Positions 17,933-27,525 of a stretch of DNA of 64,000 nt are shown one piece after another. The stretch's first letter is position 1. Every line of letters begins with the position of its first letter. The translations under genes and the position numbers were made by a program. Where the stretch lies: contig DATALC010000105.1 of NCBI GenBank assembly GCA_036261265.1, forward strand, positions 906-64,905, read 5' to 3'. This stretch comes from Bacteroidales bacterium (GTDB lineage Bacteria; Bacteroidota; Bacteroidia; Bacteroidales; VadinHA17). The notes beneath the pieces were generated by a model. That model was not told the origin of the DNA. It saw nothing but the letters and a program-made list of their open reading frames with translations, and did no database searches.

Positions 17933-19003
17933 ATGGAAAGAGAACTCAGATTAATGAAAGGTAACGAAGCTGTCGCCGAAGCTGCAATCAGAGCAGGCGT
18001 TGACGGATATTTCGGTTACCCGATCACCCCGCAGACCGAGCTTATCGAATACCTTATGGAAGCTAAACCGGCTGAGAGGACAGGAATGGTTGTGCTCCAG
18101 GCAGAAAGTGAGATAGCTGCGATCAATATGGTTTACGGAGGAGCTGCATGTGGAAAGAAAGTGATGACATCATCTTCATCACCGGGGATAAGCCTTAAAC
18201 AGGAAGGCATAACATATATAGCCGGCGCTGAGCTGCCATGTCTGATAGTTAATGTCGTCAGAGGCGGACCGGGACTTGGTACAATACAGCCTGCTCAATC
18301 AGATTATTTTCAGGCTACAAAGGGAGGAGGCCATGGCGACTATCATCTTATTGTACTAGCTCCTGCTTCTGTACAGGAGATGGCTGATTTTGTCGATCTT
18401 TCGTTTGAACTTGCATTTAAGTACAGGAATCCTGTTATGATGCTTTCAGACGGAGCGATAGGACAGATGATGGAGAAGGTCTATCTCTCCCCGCAAAAAG
18501 AAAGATCTAAAATAGTTCCTGAGTGGGCCACAACAGGGAAACCTTCAACGCGCAAAAGGAATATAATTACTTCGCTTGACCTTGATCCTTACGCCCAGGA
18601 AAAATTCAATCATAAGCTTATTGCAAAATATGATGAAATAAGGAAGAATGAGGTGCGCTATGAGGAGATAATGACAGAGGATGCTGATTACCTGATTGTT
18701 GCTTACGGAACAAGCGCAAGAGTATCCCAGAAAGCAGTACAACTTTTGAGACATGAAGGAATTAAGGCAGGATTACTGAGGCCAATTACACTGTTCCCTT
18801 TCCCGACGAAAAGGATTAATGAACTCAGTGATAAGGTTAAAGGAATTTTATCTGTCGAGATGAGTGCGGGCCAGATGGTGGAGGATGTACTTCTCTCAGT
18901 GAACGGGAAGGTTCCTGTTTATCATTATGGCAGACTGGGCGGTGTTATAACAGCGCCTGAAGAAGTTGTTGAAAGTCTTAAATCAAAATTTATAGGAGGC
19001 TGA
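17933..19003 (+). CDS. 2-oxoacid:ferredoxin oxidoreductase alpha subunit (VorB/KorA-like)
   Basis: 356 aa. Starts LMKGNEAVAEAAIRAGVDGYFGYPITPQTE and contains AESEIAAINMVYGGA, as in OFOR alpha subunits. Confidence 0.92.
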   Translation: MERELRLMKGNEAVAEAAIRAGVDGYFGYPITPQTELIEYLMEAKPAERTGMVVLQAESEIAAINMVYGGAACGKKVMTSSSSPGISLKQEGITYIAGAELPCLIVNVVRGGPGLGTIQPAQSDYFQATKGGGHGDYHLIVLAPASVQEMADFVDLSFELAFKYRNPVMMLSDGAIGQMMEKVYLSPQKERSKIVPEWATTGKPSTRKRNIITSLDLDPYAQEKFNHKLIAKYDEIRKNEVRYEEIMTEDADYLIVAYGTSARVSQKAVQLLRHEGIKAGLLRPITLFPFPTKRINELSDKVKGILSVEMSAGQMVEDVLLSVNGKVPVYHYGRLGGVITAPEEVVESLKSKFIGG

Positions 19004-19006
19004 AAA

Positions 19007-19804
19007 ATGGCAGAAGTGACAGGAATCAAAGATATTATCAAACCAGAGAACCTGGTTTATAAAAGGACCGACCTGATGACAGAAAATGTACTGTCTTACT
19101 GTCCCGGTTGCGGACACGGAACAGTACATCGTATTCTTGCTGAGATCATCGAGGAGGAAGGTTTGCAATCACAGGCTATAGGGGTATCTCCTGTAGGATG
19201 TTCCGTGCTGCTTTATAACTTCATCGATATTGACTGGCAGGAAGCAGCTCACGGCCGTGCTCCGGCTGTAGCTACAGGGATTAAAAGATTGTATCCTGAA
19301 AAGTTCGTTTTCACATACCAGGGTGACGGTGATCTCGCCGCGATCGGAACTGCAGAGACAATACATGCATGTAATCGCGGTGAAAACATAATGATAATCT
19401 TTATAAATAACGGCATTTACGGGATGACAGGCGGCCAAATGGCCCCGACAACCCTGCCTGGGATGGTATCTTCAACTTCTCCTTATGGAAGGGATGTTAA
19501 GACTATGGGAAATCCGCTTAAGATGACCGATATTCTTGCAACTCTTCCAGGGACTTACTTTGTTACGAGACAGAGCGTTCACACTCCTGCAAATGTAAGA
19601 AAGACAAAGAGAGCCATCAGGAAAGCTGCCCAGTATCAAAAACTTGAAAAGGGTACATGTGTTGTTGAAATTGTTTCGAACTGCCCTTCAGGTTGGAAAA
19701 TGACACCTGTACAGGCTAACAAATGGATGGAGGAAAACATGTTTCCTTTTTACCCTCTCGGTGATCTTAAAAGTCCTGAAGAGAAAGATTCAAGAACAGA
19801 ATGA
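19007..19804 (+). CDS. 2-oxoacid:ferredoxin oxidoreductase beta subunit (TPP-binding)
   Basis: 265 aa with YCPGCGHG and the TPP motif GDGDLAAIG...NNGIYGMTGGQ. Confidence 0.92.
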   Translation: MAEVTGIKDIIKPENLVYKRTDLMTENVLSYCPGCGHGTVHRILAEIIEEEGLQSQAIGVSPVGCSVLLYNFIDIDWQEAAHGRAPAVATGIKRLYPEKFVFTYQGDGDLAAIGTAETIHACNRGENIMIIFINNGIYGMTGGQMAPTTLPGMVSSTSPYGRDVKTMGNPLKMTDILATLPGTYFVTRQSVHTPANVRKTKRAIRKAAQYQKLEKGTCVVEIVSNCPSGWKMTPVQANKWMEENMFPFYPLGDLKSPEEKDSRTE

Positions 19805-19822
19805 TTATTAACCTTTACGAAA

Positions 19823-20377
19823 ATGACTGAAGAAATAATAATAGCCGGATTCGGCGGACAGGGTGTCCTTTCAATGGGAAAAATCATGGCTTACTCTGGT
19901 GTGATGCAGGATATGGAAGTCAGCTGGATGCCATCTTACGGGCCTGAGATGAGAGGGGGAACAGCCAATGTTATTGTTATCCTGAGCAATGAAAGGATAA
20001 GCTCCCCGGTAGTCAGGAAATTCGATACTGCAATTATTCTCAACCAGCAATCGATGGACAAATTTGAGAATTCAGTCAAACCCGGCGGTGTTCTGATTTA
20101 TGACGGAAATGGAATTACCCGGCATCCCGAAAGAACTGATATCAAGATATACAGGGTCGATGCTGCTGAGGAAGCCTCAAAAATGAAAAGTCCCAAGATA
20201 TTCAACACAATAGTGCTTGGCGGATTTCTTAAGATCAAACCTGTTATAAGGATTGAGAACGTTATCAAAGGTCTGAAGAAATCATTGCCTGAAAGATATC
20301 ATAATCTGATACCTGTAAACGAGCAGGCTCTGCAGAGAGGACAGGAGATAATAAGGGAAGCAAAAGTGACTGCATAA
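19823..20377 (+). CDS. 2-oxoacid:ferredoxin oxidoreductase gamma subunit
   Basis: 184 aa with IIAGFGGQGVLSMGKI and YGPEMRGG, the gamma-subunit signature. Confidence 0.92.
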   Translation: MTEEIIIAGFGGQGVLSMGKIMAYSGVMQDMEVSWMPSYGPEMRGGTANVIVILSNERISSPVVRKFDTAIILNQQSMDKFENSVKPGGVLIYDGNGITRHPERTDIKIYRVDAAEEASKMKSPKIFNTIVLGGFLKIKPVIRIENVIKGLKKSLPERYHNLIPVNEQALQRGQEIIREAKVTA

Positions 20378-20378
20378 T

Positions 20379-20996
20379 CTACTTTTCGTAGAAATGCATC
20401 TCCTTTATATATTGCCACGTTGCAGCAGGAACGTAATATGACATATTCTTTCCTGCTTTAATTCCATTCCTAATAAAAGTGCTTGATATTTCCATCATGG
20501 GAGCGTTGATCTCGTGCAAATCTGCCGATGAGATAATTTTATCGAGAACATCTGAATCAGGCCTTGTCAAAAACGGTCTCGGATAGACATAAATTGAATA
20601 ATTTTCAATAAGTGATTCGACGTTTTTCCATTTATGCAGTGTATACAGATTGTCCTGTCCCATTACAAGACAAAACTTTTTCCCAGGATGTTTTTCGGAT
20701 AGATAAGCCAGTGTATCGACTGTGTAAGACGGGATCGGAAGTTTAAACTCAATATCAGAAGCTTTAAGCCTGTCGCTATCCCCGATTGCAAGGCGGGTCA
20801 TATAAAGCCTTTGATGATCGGAAAGGAGAGTCTCTTTCTTTTTTAAAGGATTATGCGGGCTTACGACAAACCATACCTGTGAAAGGTCCGTAAATTCAGT
20901 AAGATATCCTGCAATTGCAATGTGACCGATATGAATGGGATTGAATGACCCAAAGTACAGACCGATTTTTTCCATAAGCTCAGATTTACCATTCAA
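20379..20996 (-). CDS. nadD: Nicotinate-nucleotide adenylyltransferase
   Basis: 205 aa with GSFNPIHIGH (HxGH) and SSTFIR (ISSTxxR). Confidence 0.92.
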   Translation of the reverse strand: MNGKSELMEKIGLYFGSFNPIHIGHIAIAGYLTEFTDLSQVWFVVSPHNPLKKKETLLSDHQRLYMTRLAIGDSDRLKASDIEFKLPIPSYTVDTLAYLSEKHPGKKFCLVMGQDNLYTLHKWKNVESLIENYSIYVYPRPFLTRPDSDVLDKIISSADLHEINAPMMEISSTFIRNGIKAGKNMSYYVPAATWQYIKEMHFYEK

Positions 20997-21552
20997 GGAA
21001 TGATCTTACGATCTGCAATGTCTCTTCTTTTGCGACATCGAGCATTTTATTGACTATAATTGTATCAAACTGGTTCGAAAGTTTTATTTCTTCTTCAGCC
21101 TTTTCAACCCTCATCTTTATTTTTTCGGGTGATTCCGAGCCCCTTCCCGCAAGCCTGAGCTTCAGCTCTTCAACAGATGGAGGCATAATGAACAATGAAA
21201 GAGCCCTGTTTCCATACTTTTTTTTCAGATTCAATCCGCCTTTTACATCGACATCGAAAAGCACATGACATCCGCTCGACCATATTCTCTCCAGCTCGCT
21301 TTTCGGAGTGCCATAGAGTATATCCCTGTAGACTTCTTCCCACTCTGCAAATTCGTTATTTTCAATTTTCGAGCGGAATTCACCGACAGACAGGAAGTAA
21401 TAGTCCGAACCATGTTTCTCGTCAGCCCTTGGTTGCCTTGTTGTTGCAGATACCGAAAATGCAAGACTTAAACCACTGTCAAGAAGATATTTTACAATCG
21501 TTGTCTTGCCTGTTCCCGATGGCCCTGAGATGATTACAAGCTTTCCTTCCAT
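20986..21552 (-). CDS. gmk: Guanylate kinase
   Basis: 188 aa with the P-loop GPSGTGKTT and SATTRQPR..E..G.DYYF. Confidence 0.95.
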   Translation of the reverse strand: MEGKLVIISGPSGTGKTTIVKYLLDSGLSLAFSVSATTRQPRADEKHGSDYYFLSVGEFRSKIENNEFAEWEEVYRDILYGTPKSELERIWSSGCHVLFDVDVKGGLNLKKKYGNRALSLFIMPPSVEELKLRLAGRGSESPEKIKMRVEKAEEEIKLSNQFDTIIVNKMLDVAKEETLQIVRSFLEW

Positions 21553-21590
21553 ATTGTTGAATAATTTGTAAATATCTGTAAATAAATAAT

Positions 21591-22466
21591 TTACAATACA
21601 TTAAGCGTTTGCTCTTTTATTTTCTCTAGCTCATCCTTCATCATGACAACTATTTTCTGGATCGATGCATCGTTTGCCTTTGATCCGAGAGTATTTATCT
21701 CGCGGCCAATTTCCTGGGCGATGAAGCTTAATATCTTTCCGTTCGGAGATGGGGTCTCAACTGTTGCGTTGAAATAATCGCAATGTGTTTTAAGCCTTAC
21801 TTTTTCCTCGTTAATATCATACTTTTCGAGGTAAAGTATAATTTCCTGTTCGAACCTGTTCCTGTCAACATTTTCTGAGCCAAGGTTTTCCTCGAGTATT
21901 GATTTAAGCTTATCTCTTACTTTAGTAATTCGCCCTCCTTCATATTTACCGACATCATTAAGCAAATTCATAATATTTCCAGCACATTTTTTCATGTCTG
22001 ACATTATTGAATTCCCCTCATCGATCCGGTACCTGTCGAGTTCTTCAATTGCTTCGATGATTTTGCTTTTGACTAACTCCCACTCGCTTTCAGGCAGCTG
22101 CGGCTTCTCTGTTTTAAGTACATCCGGCAACTTCATTATAGCCGTAAATATCTGGTCGTCGAGATTTATGTTAAGGTCAGTTGCAATCTCGGTGAATTGT
22201 GAATAATAGCTTTTTATTGCGGTTTTATTCAGGACTGTTGCAGCTTCATCGTCAAGCACATCGAGATAAATTGAGAAATCAATTTTGCCTCTGTCGAGTT
22301 TCTGGCTTATGAGATTCCTGATCTCAGGTTCCTTTTCCTTGTACAGCCAGGGCAGTTTTGTTATGAGATCAAGTTGCTTTGAATTCAGCGATTTTATTTC
22401 GATCGTTATTTTTTTCTGAGGTGTCTCAGCCATGGCTTTTCCAAAGCCTGTCATAGATTTGATCAT
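21591..22466 (-). CDS. yicC: YicC-family stress-induced protein
   Basis: 291 aa with N-terminus MIKSMTGFG and C-terminal EIGREINTLGSKAND. Confidence 0.9.
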   Translation of the reverse strand: MIKSMTGFGKAMAETPQKKITIEIKSLNSKQLDLITKLPWLYKEKEPEIRNLISQKLDRGKIDFSIYLDVLDDEAATVLNKTAIKSYYSQFTEIATDLNINLDDQIFTAIMKLPDVLKTEKPQLPESEWELVKSKIIEAIEELDRYRIDEGNSIMSDMKKCAGNIMNLLNDVGKYEGGRITKVRDKLKSILEENLGSENVDRNRFEQEIILYLEKYDINEEKVRLKTHCDYFNATVETPSPNGKILSFIAQEIGREINTLGSKANDASIQKIVVMMKDELEKIKEQTLNVL

Positions 22467-22502
22467 CTGGGGAGTAGTAGAAAGTTCAATAGATTATTAA
22501 AA

Positions 22503-23849
22503 TTATACATTTTGGGGGTATTTAACAACTGCCATCTTCTTCCATCGTCCGGTTTTGTAGTAGAAATAAGCAAGGATGAGACCAACTGCCCAACCGGCGG
22601 GTATTGACCACCAGATACCTACTGATCCGAATCTGTCGGAGAGGAACCAGGCAAAAGGAATCCTGATTATCCACAGTGAAAGAAGCGAAAAGAACATTGG
22701 AAGAAGAGTGTCACCTGCCCCTCGCATTACTCCGTTATAAATGAACATCATTGTAAAAAGAATGTATGAGGCGCTTACAATAGTCAGGTATTGGTCGCCT
22801 GCTTGAATAACGGCGGCATCTTTTGTGAAAAGGCTCATTATAAGGTGACCCATAAACACGACTGTAAGACTTGTAACAATTGTTACAATTACAGACATCT
22901 TAATTGTTGAGATAAGACCTGTCTTTATCCTTTCATATTTGTTCGCCCCGATATTCTGACCAACAAAAGTCGAAAGGGCCTGGGAGAATGACATTGCGGG
23001 AATAAGGGCCATAGAATCAAGCCTGCTGGCGACTGAATATCCTGCAATGACATCAGTACCGAATTTGTTAACTATTCCGAGCAGTGCAAGCCCCCCGATA
23101 GCAACAAGAGTCTGCTGTATCCCTGTCGGAAGTCCGATGCGTATACTCTGTCTGAATATTTCCCTGTCGAAATGGAGTCCTGTTATTCCTATCCTGATTA
23201 TTTTATGTGTCCTGTTAAGCCAGTAAACTGCCAGTCCGAAAGCAATTCCGTTTGCGACAAGTGTAGCATAAGCAGCTCCGGCTATGCCCCATTTAAAAAC
23301 AGCAACGAACAGAAGGACAAGAATAATATTTGCGACTGTTGCTATTATGAGAAAGTAAAGAGGCGTTTTGGAATCTCCGAGTCCCCGGAGCACAGCGCTT
23401 GTGCCATTGTAACCGAAAAAGATGAGCATCCCGGAAAGATATATCCTCAGGTACAGAACTGCACCCGGCAGTATGTTTTCAGGGAGGTCGAGCATACGCA
23501 ACAGAGGTTCGGCAATAAGCAACCCTGCTATTGTTGCAATTATACCTGCAATGGTACTGTAGATGTACATTGTGTCGATTGCTCTTTTTACTTTCTCGAT
23601 GTCTCCTGCGCCGAAGTACTGGGAAATAACAACTGTCGTTCCCATAACAAGGCCAATTATCATTGACACCATGACAAAGATCACGGGGAAGGATGCGCCA
23701 ACAGCTGCAAGCGCTTCCTTGCCGATAAAATTCCCAACGACAATGCTGTCGACGATGCTGAATAATTGCTGAAAGATCGTACCAAGCAGCATCGGTGCTG
23801 CAAATTCAAGTATAAGCTTACCTTCTTTTCCTGTTGTGAGATCACGCAT
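22503..23849 (-). CDS. MATE-family efflux transporter
   Basis: 448 aa, about 12 TM segments. The N-terminal part has P(M)LLG.(I)FQQL.S.VDS..VG followed by GKEALAAV. Confidence 0.92.
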   Translation of the reverse strand: MRDLTTGKEGKLILEFAAPMLLGTIFQQLFSIVDSIVVGNFIGKEALAAVGASFPVIFVMVSMIIGLVMGTTVVISQYFGAGDIEKVKRAIDTMYIYSTIAGIIATIAGLLIAEPLLRMLDLPENILPGAVLYLRIYLSGMLIFFGYNGTSAVLRGLGDSKTPLYFLIIATVANIILVLLFVAVFKWGIAGAAYATLVANGIAFGLAVYWLNRTHKIIRIGITGLHFDREIFRQSIRIGLPTGIQQTLVAIGGLALLGIVNKFGTDVIAGYSVASRLDSMALIPAMSFSQALSTFVGQNIGANKYERIKTGLISTIKMSVIVTIVTSLTVVFMGHLIMSLFTKDAAVIQAGDQYLTIVSASYILFTMMFIYNGVMRGAGDTLLPMFFSLLSLWIIRIPFAWFLSDRFGSVGIWWSIPAGWAVGLILAYFYYKTGRWKKMAVVKYPQNV

Positions 23850-23900
23850 TGCCTGATTTCAATTGAGCTTGTAAAGAAAGTCAATTTTGATCAAAAGGGT

Positions 23901-25286
23901 TCATTTATTATCAAATGTATTGAGCTTCACAGTGAAATGGCGCATAATCGGGGCTTCCCAGGTGATTTTTAGGCCTCTTTTGATACTGTTTCTCCTGTCA
24001 AAAACATTTTTTGCAGCTACTGCTACATAATCCATGTGATTATCGGTATAGACCCTTCTCGGCACGGCAAGCCTTACCATCTCGAGAGCCGGAAACCTGT
24101 TTTCTCTTGTCACAGGGTCCCTGTCGGCCATGAGTGCGCCGATCTCAACTGCTCTTACACCGCCTTCAATATAGAGCCCGGCTGCAAGCGTCTGGGCCGG
24201 AAACTCCTCCCTAGGTACATTGGGAAGAAATTTTAGCGCATCAATAAAAATCGCATGCCCTCCAAATGGCTGTAATACAGGTATATCATAGCTTACCATC
24301 CTGGCGCCAAGACGGGCAACCTGGCTTATACGCGATTCAAGATACGAGAATTCAGTTGCTTCATACAGCCCTTCTGCAAGTGCATTCATATCACGCCCTG
24401 CCATTCCCCCATAAGTGATAAATCCTTCAAACATAATATTATACGTCGATGCCTGACTGAACAGTTCCTCATCCCTGAAACCTATGAATCCTCCGATGTT
24501 TACAATTCCATCTTTTTTGGAGCTCATTGTCATTCCATCGGCATAGGAAAACATTTCTCGCACAATTGCCCTGATTTCTTTGCCTTCATATCCTTCCTCA
24601 CGTGTTTTTATGAAATAGGCATTCTCCGCAAAACGGGCCGAATCGAGGAAGAATCTCACTCCGTATTTTTTCGCGAGCCTTCCTGTTTCCCTAATATTTT
24701 CCATGCTGACCGGTTGTCCGCCCGCAGTGTTATTTGTTATTGTGACAAGGATACAGGGTATGTTTTCAGCAGGGTTGTGCTTCAGGACTGATTCAAGCTT
24801 ATCAAGATCGATATTTCCTTTAAATTGATGACAGGCTGTGGGATCGGATGCAACATCTATTGTGCAATCTACTGCTTTAGCCTTCCTGAATTCTATATGT
24901 CCTTTTGTAGTATCAAAATGAGAGTTGCCGGGAACAAGGTTTCCCTCCTTTAGAATAGTGGAGAACAGCACATTTTCAGCAGCCCTGCCCTGGTGTGTCG
25001 GGAGAAAATACCTGAATCCTGTAATATCTTCTATTGTTTCCTTCAGCCTGTAATATGAAGATGCGCCGGCATAGCTTTCATCACCTGACATCATGGCTGC
25101 CCATTGCTTATCGCTCATTGCTCCTGTACCAGAATCTGTAAGGAGATCAATGAAAACCTGTTCGGATCTGAGATTAAACAGATTATAGGAAGCTTCTTTT
25201 ATCCATTCTTCCCTTTCCTGCCTCGTACTTTTATGTATCTTTTCTACGACCTTTATCTTAAATGACTCTGTAAACGGGTATTGCAT
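23901..25286 (-). CDS. tnaA: Tryptophanase / tyrosine phenol-lyase family beta-eliminating lyase
   Basis: 461 aa with DLLTDSGTGAMSDKQWAAMM and the PLP-lysine block MSSKKDGIVNIGG, and it aligns along its full length with the TnaA/TPL family. Trp versus Tyr specificity cannot be decided by eye. Confidence 0.85.
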   Translation of the reverse strand: MQYPFTESFKIKVVEKIHKSTRQEREEWIKEASYNLFNLRSEQVFIDLLTDSGTGAMSDKQWAAMMSGDESYAGASSYYRLKETIEDITGFRYFLPTHQGRAAENVLFSTILKEGNLVPGNSHFDTTKGHIEFRKAKAVDCTIDVASDPTACHQFKGNIDLDKLESVLKHNPAENIPCILVTITNNTAGGQPVSMENIRETGRLAKKYGVRFFLDSARFAENAYFIKTREEGYEGKEIRAIVREMFSYADGMTMSSKKDGIVNIGGFIGFRDEELFSQASTYNIMFEGFITYGGMAGRDMNALAEGLYEATEFSYLESRISQVARLGARMVSYDIPVLQPFGGHAIFIDALKFLPNVPREEFPAQTLAAGLYIEGGVRAVEIGALMADRDPVTRENRFPALEMVRLAVPRRVYTDNHMDYVAVAAKNVFDRRNSIKRGLKITWEAPIMRHFTVKLNTFDNK

Positions 25287-25557
25287 ACTCTTTCAATTTT
25301 ATAGAAATAAATAAAAACGGATTTTGTGAATTATCCGCCTGTCACGGGTAATAAAACCTGGTTTCAGGACGTTTCTGAATCAAACTGACCTATTTCGGGG
25401 AGGGAAAAGCGTCCCTGTTTTTGATATTCCTGAAAATATCACAACAGGTTGATTGCAGGGGATTGCAGAAAATATACACTGGCGTGAAATTACGTTGTAA
25501 AATTAATAGTATTTGTGATATATTCGACGCGTGGAAATAGCCAAAAAAACACCTTTC

Positions 25558-27396
25558 ATGAGAAAAACAATTCATAAATTCCTGATCTTATTTTTTTTCG
25601 TTGTTTCATGTCTGTCAGGCTTTTCGCAGGAGCAATCTCTGACAACAAAGAACCCTGGAGCTGTAATTGATTCACTCAGGAAAGCAGGATTAAAAATCGG
25701 CAGGCCCGAATGTCCGCAGATAACGCTTTCAAAGGATCAGGCCATACACTACCTTCAGCAAAGGACCAGGCCTTCATATTGGGTCAACCAGGATGATCCA
25801 TTGAAGAAAGCAATTGATCACCTGTTGCTCGAGGCATCATCAGAAAGGTTCGATTCAATAGATTCTTATCTCAGGAAATACCCGTATGATTCAATAGACC
25901 TATCGTGGGACAGGTTTTACACATTAAAGCCTTTGAAGGTTAGAATTCCTGTATCCGGACCTGCTGGCGACAGCACAGTATCTTTTATCTCAGTTAAAGA
26001 CACATTGCTCACTGCAGGAGACACTCTTGCTCTGAAACCTTTTGCTTCAATCGACACTGTTAATTCTGGTTTCGCAGCATACCGTGATACTACAATACTG
26101 ATCGTTATTGACACTTTGGAGTCTGTTAAGCCTGACAGGGCTGATTTCCCATTCAGGTATTACAACTATCCGTATCAGAGTGATTCAATAAGAGTTGCTG
26201 TCAATTCATTACTTGAATATGTGCAAAACCGTGATTCTGTAATAGTAAATTTCTCAGGCGCTGGCGCACGCTCAGTCCCTGTATGGATGAACAGCAGGTT
26301 AAATGGCTCAATGCGACGATACTGGCTTAAAAATGAGTACAATGATTCAGTTACAGTGTGGATCGGTAATGAGGGCCGTAACACATTCGGCTTATATCTT
26401 GAACAGGGTGTCAATTTCAGGAAGCCCATGAAACAGGCTGATTATTCCGAAGCTAAAATCAACCTTCAGAAGGTTGACAAATCCACGCTCAAAAAGCAGA
26501 ATATACTGATAAAGAAGAGATACTGGAATTACCGTACTGAAGCCTCAATGGTGTTCAGCCAGTCGGCTTTGTCAAACTGGGTAAAAGGAGGAGAAAACAG
26601 CATCTCTACAGCCCTCGATATAACAGGTTATGCTGATTTTAAAAAACCTGAGATAAAGCTTTCATCATCGAATTTTGCCCGGCTAAAACTTGGATTCCTT
26701 GCTTCCGGCAATGAGGATATACGCAAGAATCTCGACCTTCTTGAAACGAACTCGAAGGTAAACCATAAAGCTTTTGGTAAATTTGATTTCAGTGCTATAA
26801 TGCTTTTCAAAACACAGGTAGCCGTCGGTAAGACATATAAAAAAGTAAATGACGAGGAGATTGCAACAATAGTATCAAGGTTCATGAATCCTGCCACGCT
26901 CACAATCGGTTTTGGACTCGATTATAAACCTGATAAAAAAACCTCGATAAACTTTTCTCCGATATCATACAAGGGAACATTCGTACCTCAGGGTGGAAAG
27001 ATTACGGCTGATTCATTGTTGCCAGGGAAGATCGACCAGACCCGATATGGCATTGAACCTGGTAAAAAATCGAAGCATGAACCCGGCGCAAGTTTCATGT
27101 TGTCAAAAGAAAGCCAATTGTTGAAAAACATGACTGTGACAAACAGGCTTCAGCTCTTCACGAATTATATCAATAAACCTCAGAATATTGATGTTGACTG
27201 GGAGATGATAGTTGTTTACAATCTCAACTGGTTCACCGACCTGAGATTAAACACCCATCTGATCTTTGATGATGATACGAAGACAACAGTCCTGAAAAGC
27301 GGCGTGCCTGTATTGCTTGAGGATGGTACAGAGAAAAAGACAGCAAGAGTTCAGTTCAAGGAATTGTTCGGAGTATCGCTAATGTTTAAGTTTTAG
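25558..27396 (+). CDS. Outer-membrane beta-barrel protein (DUF3078-like)
   Basis: Signal peptide MRKTIHKFLILFFFVVSCLSGFSQ. The C-terminal half has alternating beta-strand character and ends in aromatic ...FGVSLMFKF. I prefer the ATG at 25558 over the GTG at 25531. The family name is from memory. Confidence 0.7.
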   Translation: MRKTIHKFLILFFFVVSCLSGFSQEQSLTTKNPGAVIDSLRKAGLKIGRPECPQITLSKDQAIHYLQQRTRPSYWVNQDDPLKKAIDHLLLEASSERFDSIDSYLRKYPYDSIDLSWDRFYTLKPLKVRIPVSGPAGDSTVSFISVKDTLLTAGDTLALKPFASIDTVNSGFAAYRDTTILIVIDTLESVKPDRADFPFRYYNYPYQSDSIRVAVNSLLEYVQNRDSVIVNFSGAGARSVPVWMNSRLNGSMRRYWLKNEYNDSVTVWIGNEGRNTFGLYLEQGVNFRKPMKQADYSEAKINLQKVDKSTLKKQNILIKKRYWNYRTEASMVFSQSALSNWVKGGENSISTALDITGYADFKKPEIKLSSSNFARLKLGFLASGNEDIRKNLDLLETNSKVNHKAFGKFDFSAIMLFKTQVAVGKTYKKVNDEEIATIVSRFMNPATLTIGFGLDYKPDKKTSINFSPISYKGTFVPQGGKITADSLLPGKIDQTRYGIEPGKKSKHEPGASFMLSKESQLLKNMTVTNRLQLFTNYINKPQNIDVDWEMIVVYNLNWFTDLRLNTHLIFDDDTKTTVLKSGVPVLLEDGTEKKTARVQFKELFGVSLMFKF

Positions 27397-27399
27397 TTA

Positions 27400-27525
27400 G
27401 TTTGTAAAGTTTGTAAAGTTTGTAAAGTTTGTAAAGTTTGTAAAGTTTGTAAAGTTTGTAAAGTTTGTAAAGTTTGTAAAGTTCATAAAGTTCATAAAGT
27501 TCATAAAGTTCATAAAGTCCATAAA
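27400..27525. repeat. 9-bp tandem repeat array, 14 units
   Basis: 9 x GTTTGTAAA (27400-27480), 4 x GTTCATAAA (27481-27516) and 1 x GTCCATAAA. It starts 4 nt after the stop at 27396 and ends 17 nt before the convergent stop at 27543. Confidence 0.95.

Noticed and set aside
25287-25530. TnaC-like leader peptide or attenuator upstream of tnaA, and the listed 61-aa ORF at 25390-25575
   Set aside because: On the tnaA strand there is no ATG between about 25440 and the tnaA start, so there is no short leader ORF. The 61-aa ORF has no features of a real gene and overlaps the start of the divergent gene. The AGGGA/TCCCT hairpin with a T run is on the wrong strand for tnaA.
27400-27525. The tandem arrays at 27.4 kb, 32.7 kb and 55.5 kb considered as CRISPR arrays
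   Set aside because: The units are contiguous (8, 9 and 25 bp) with no unique spacers between them. No cas genes are in the window.
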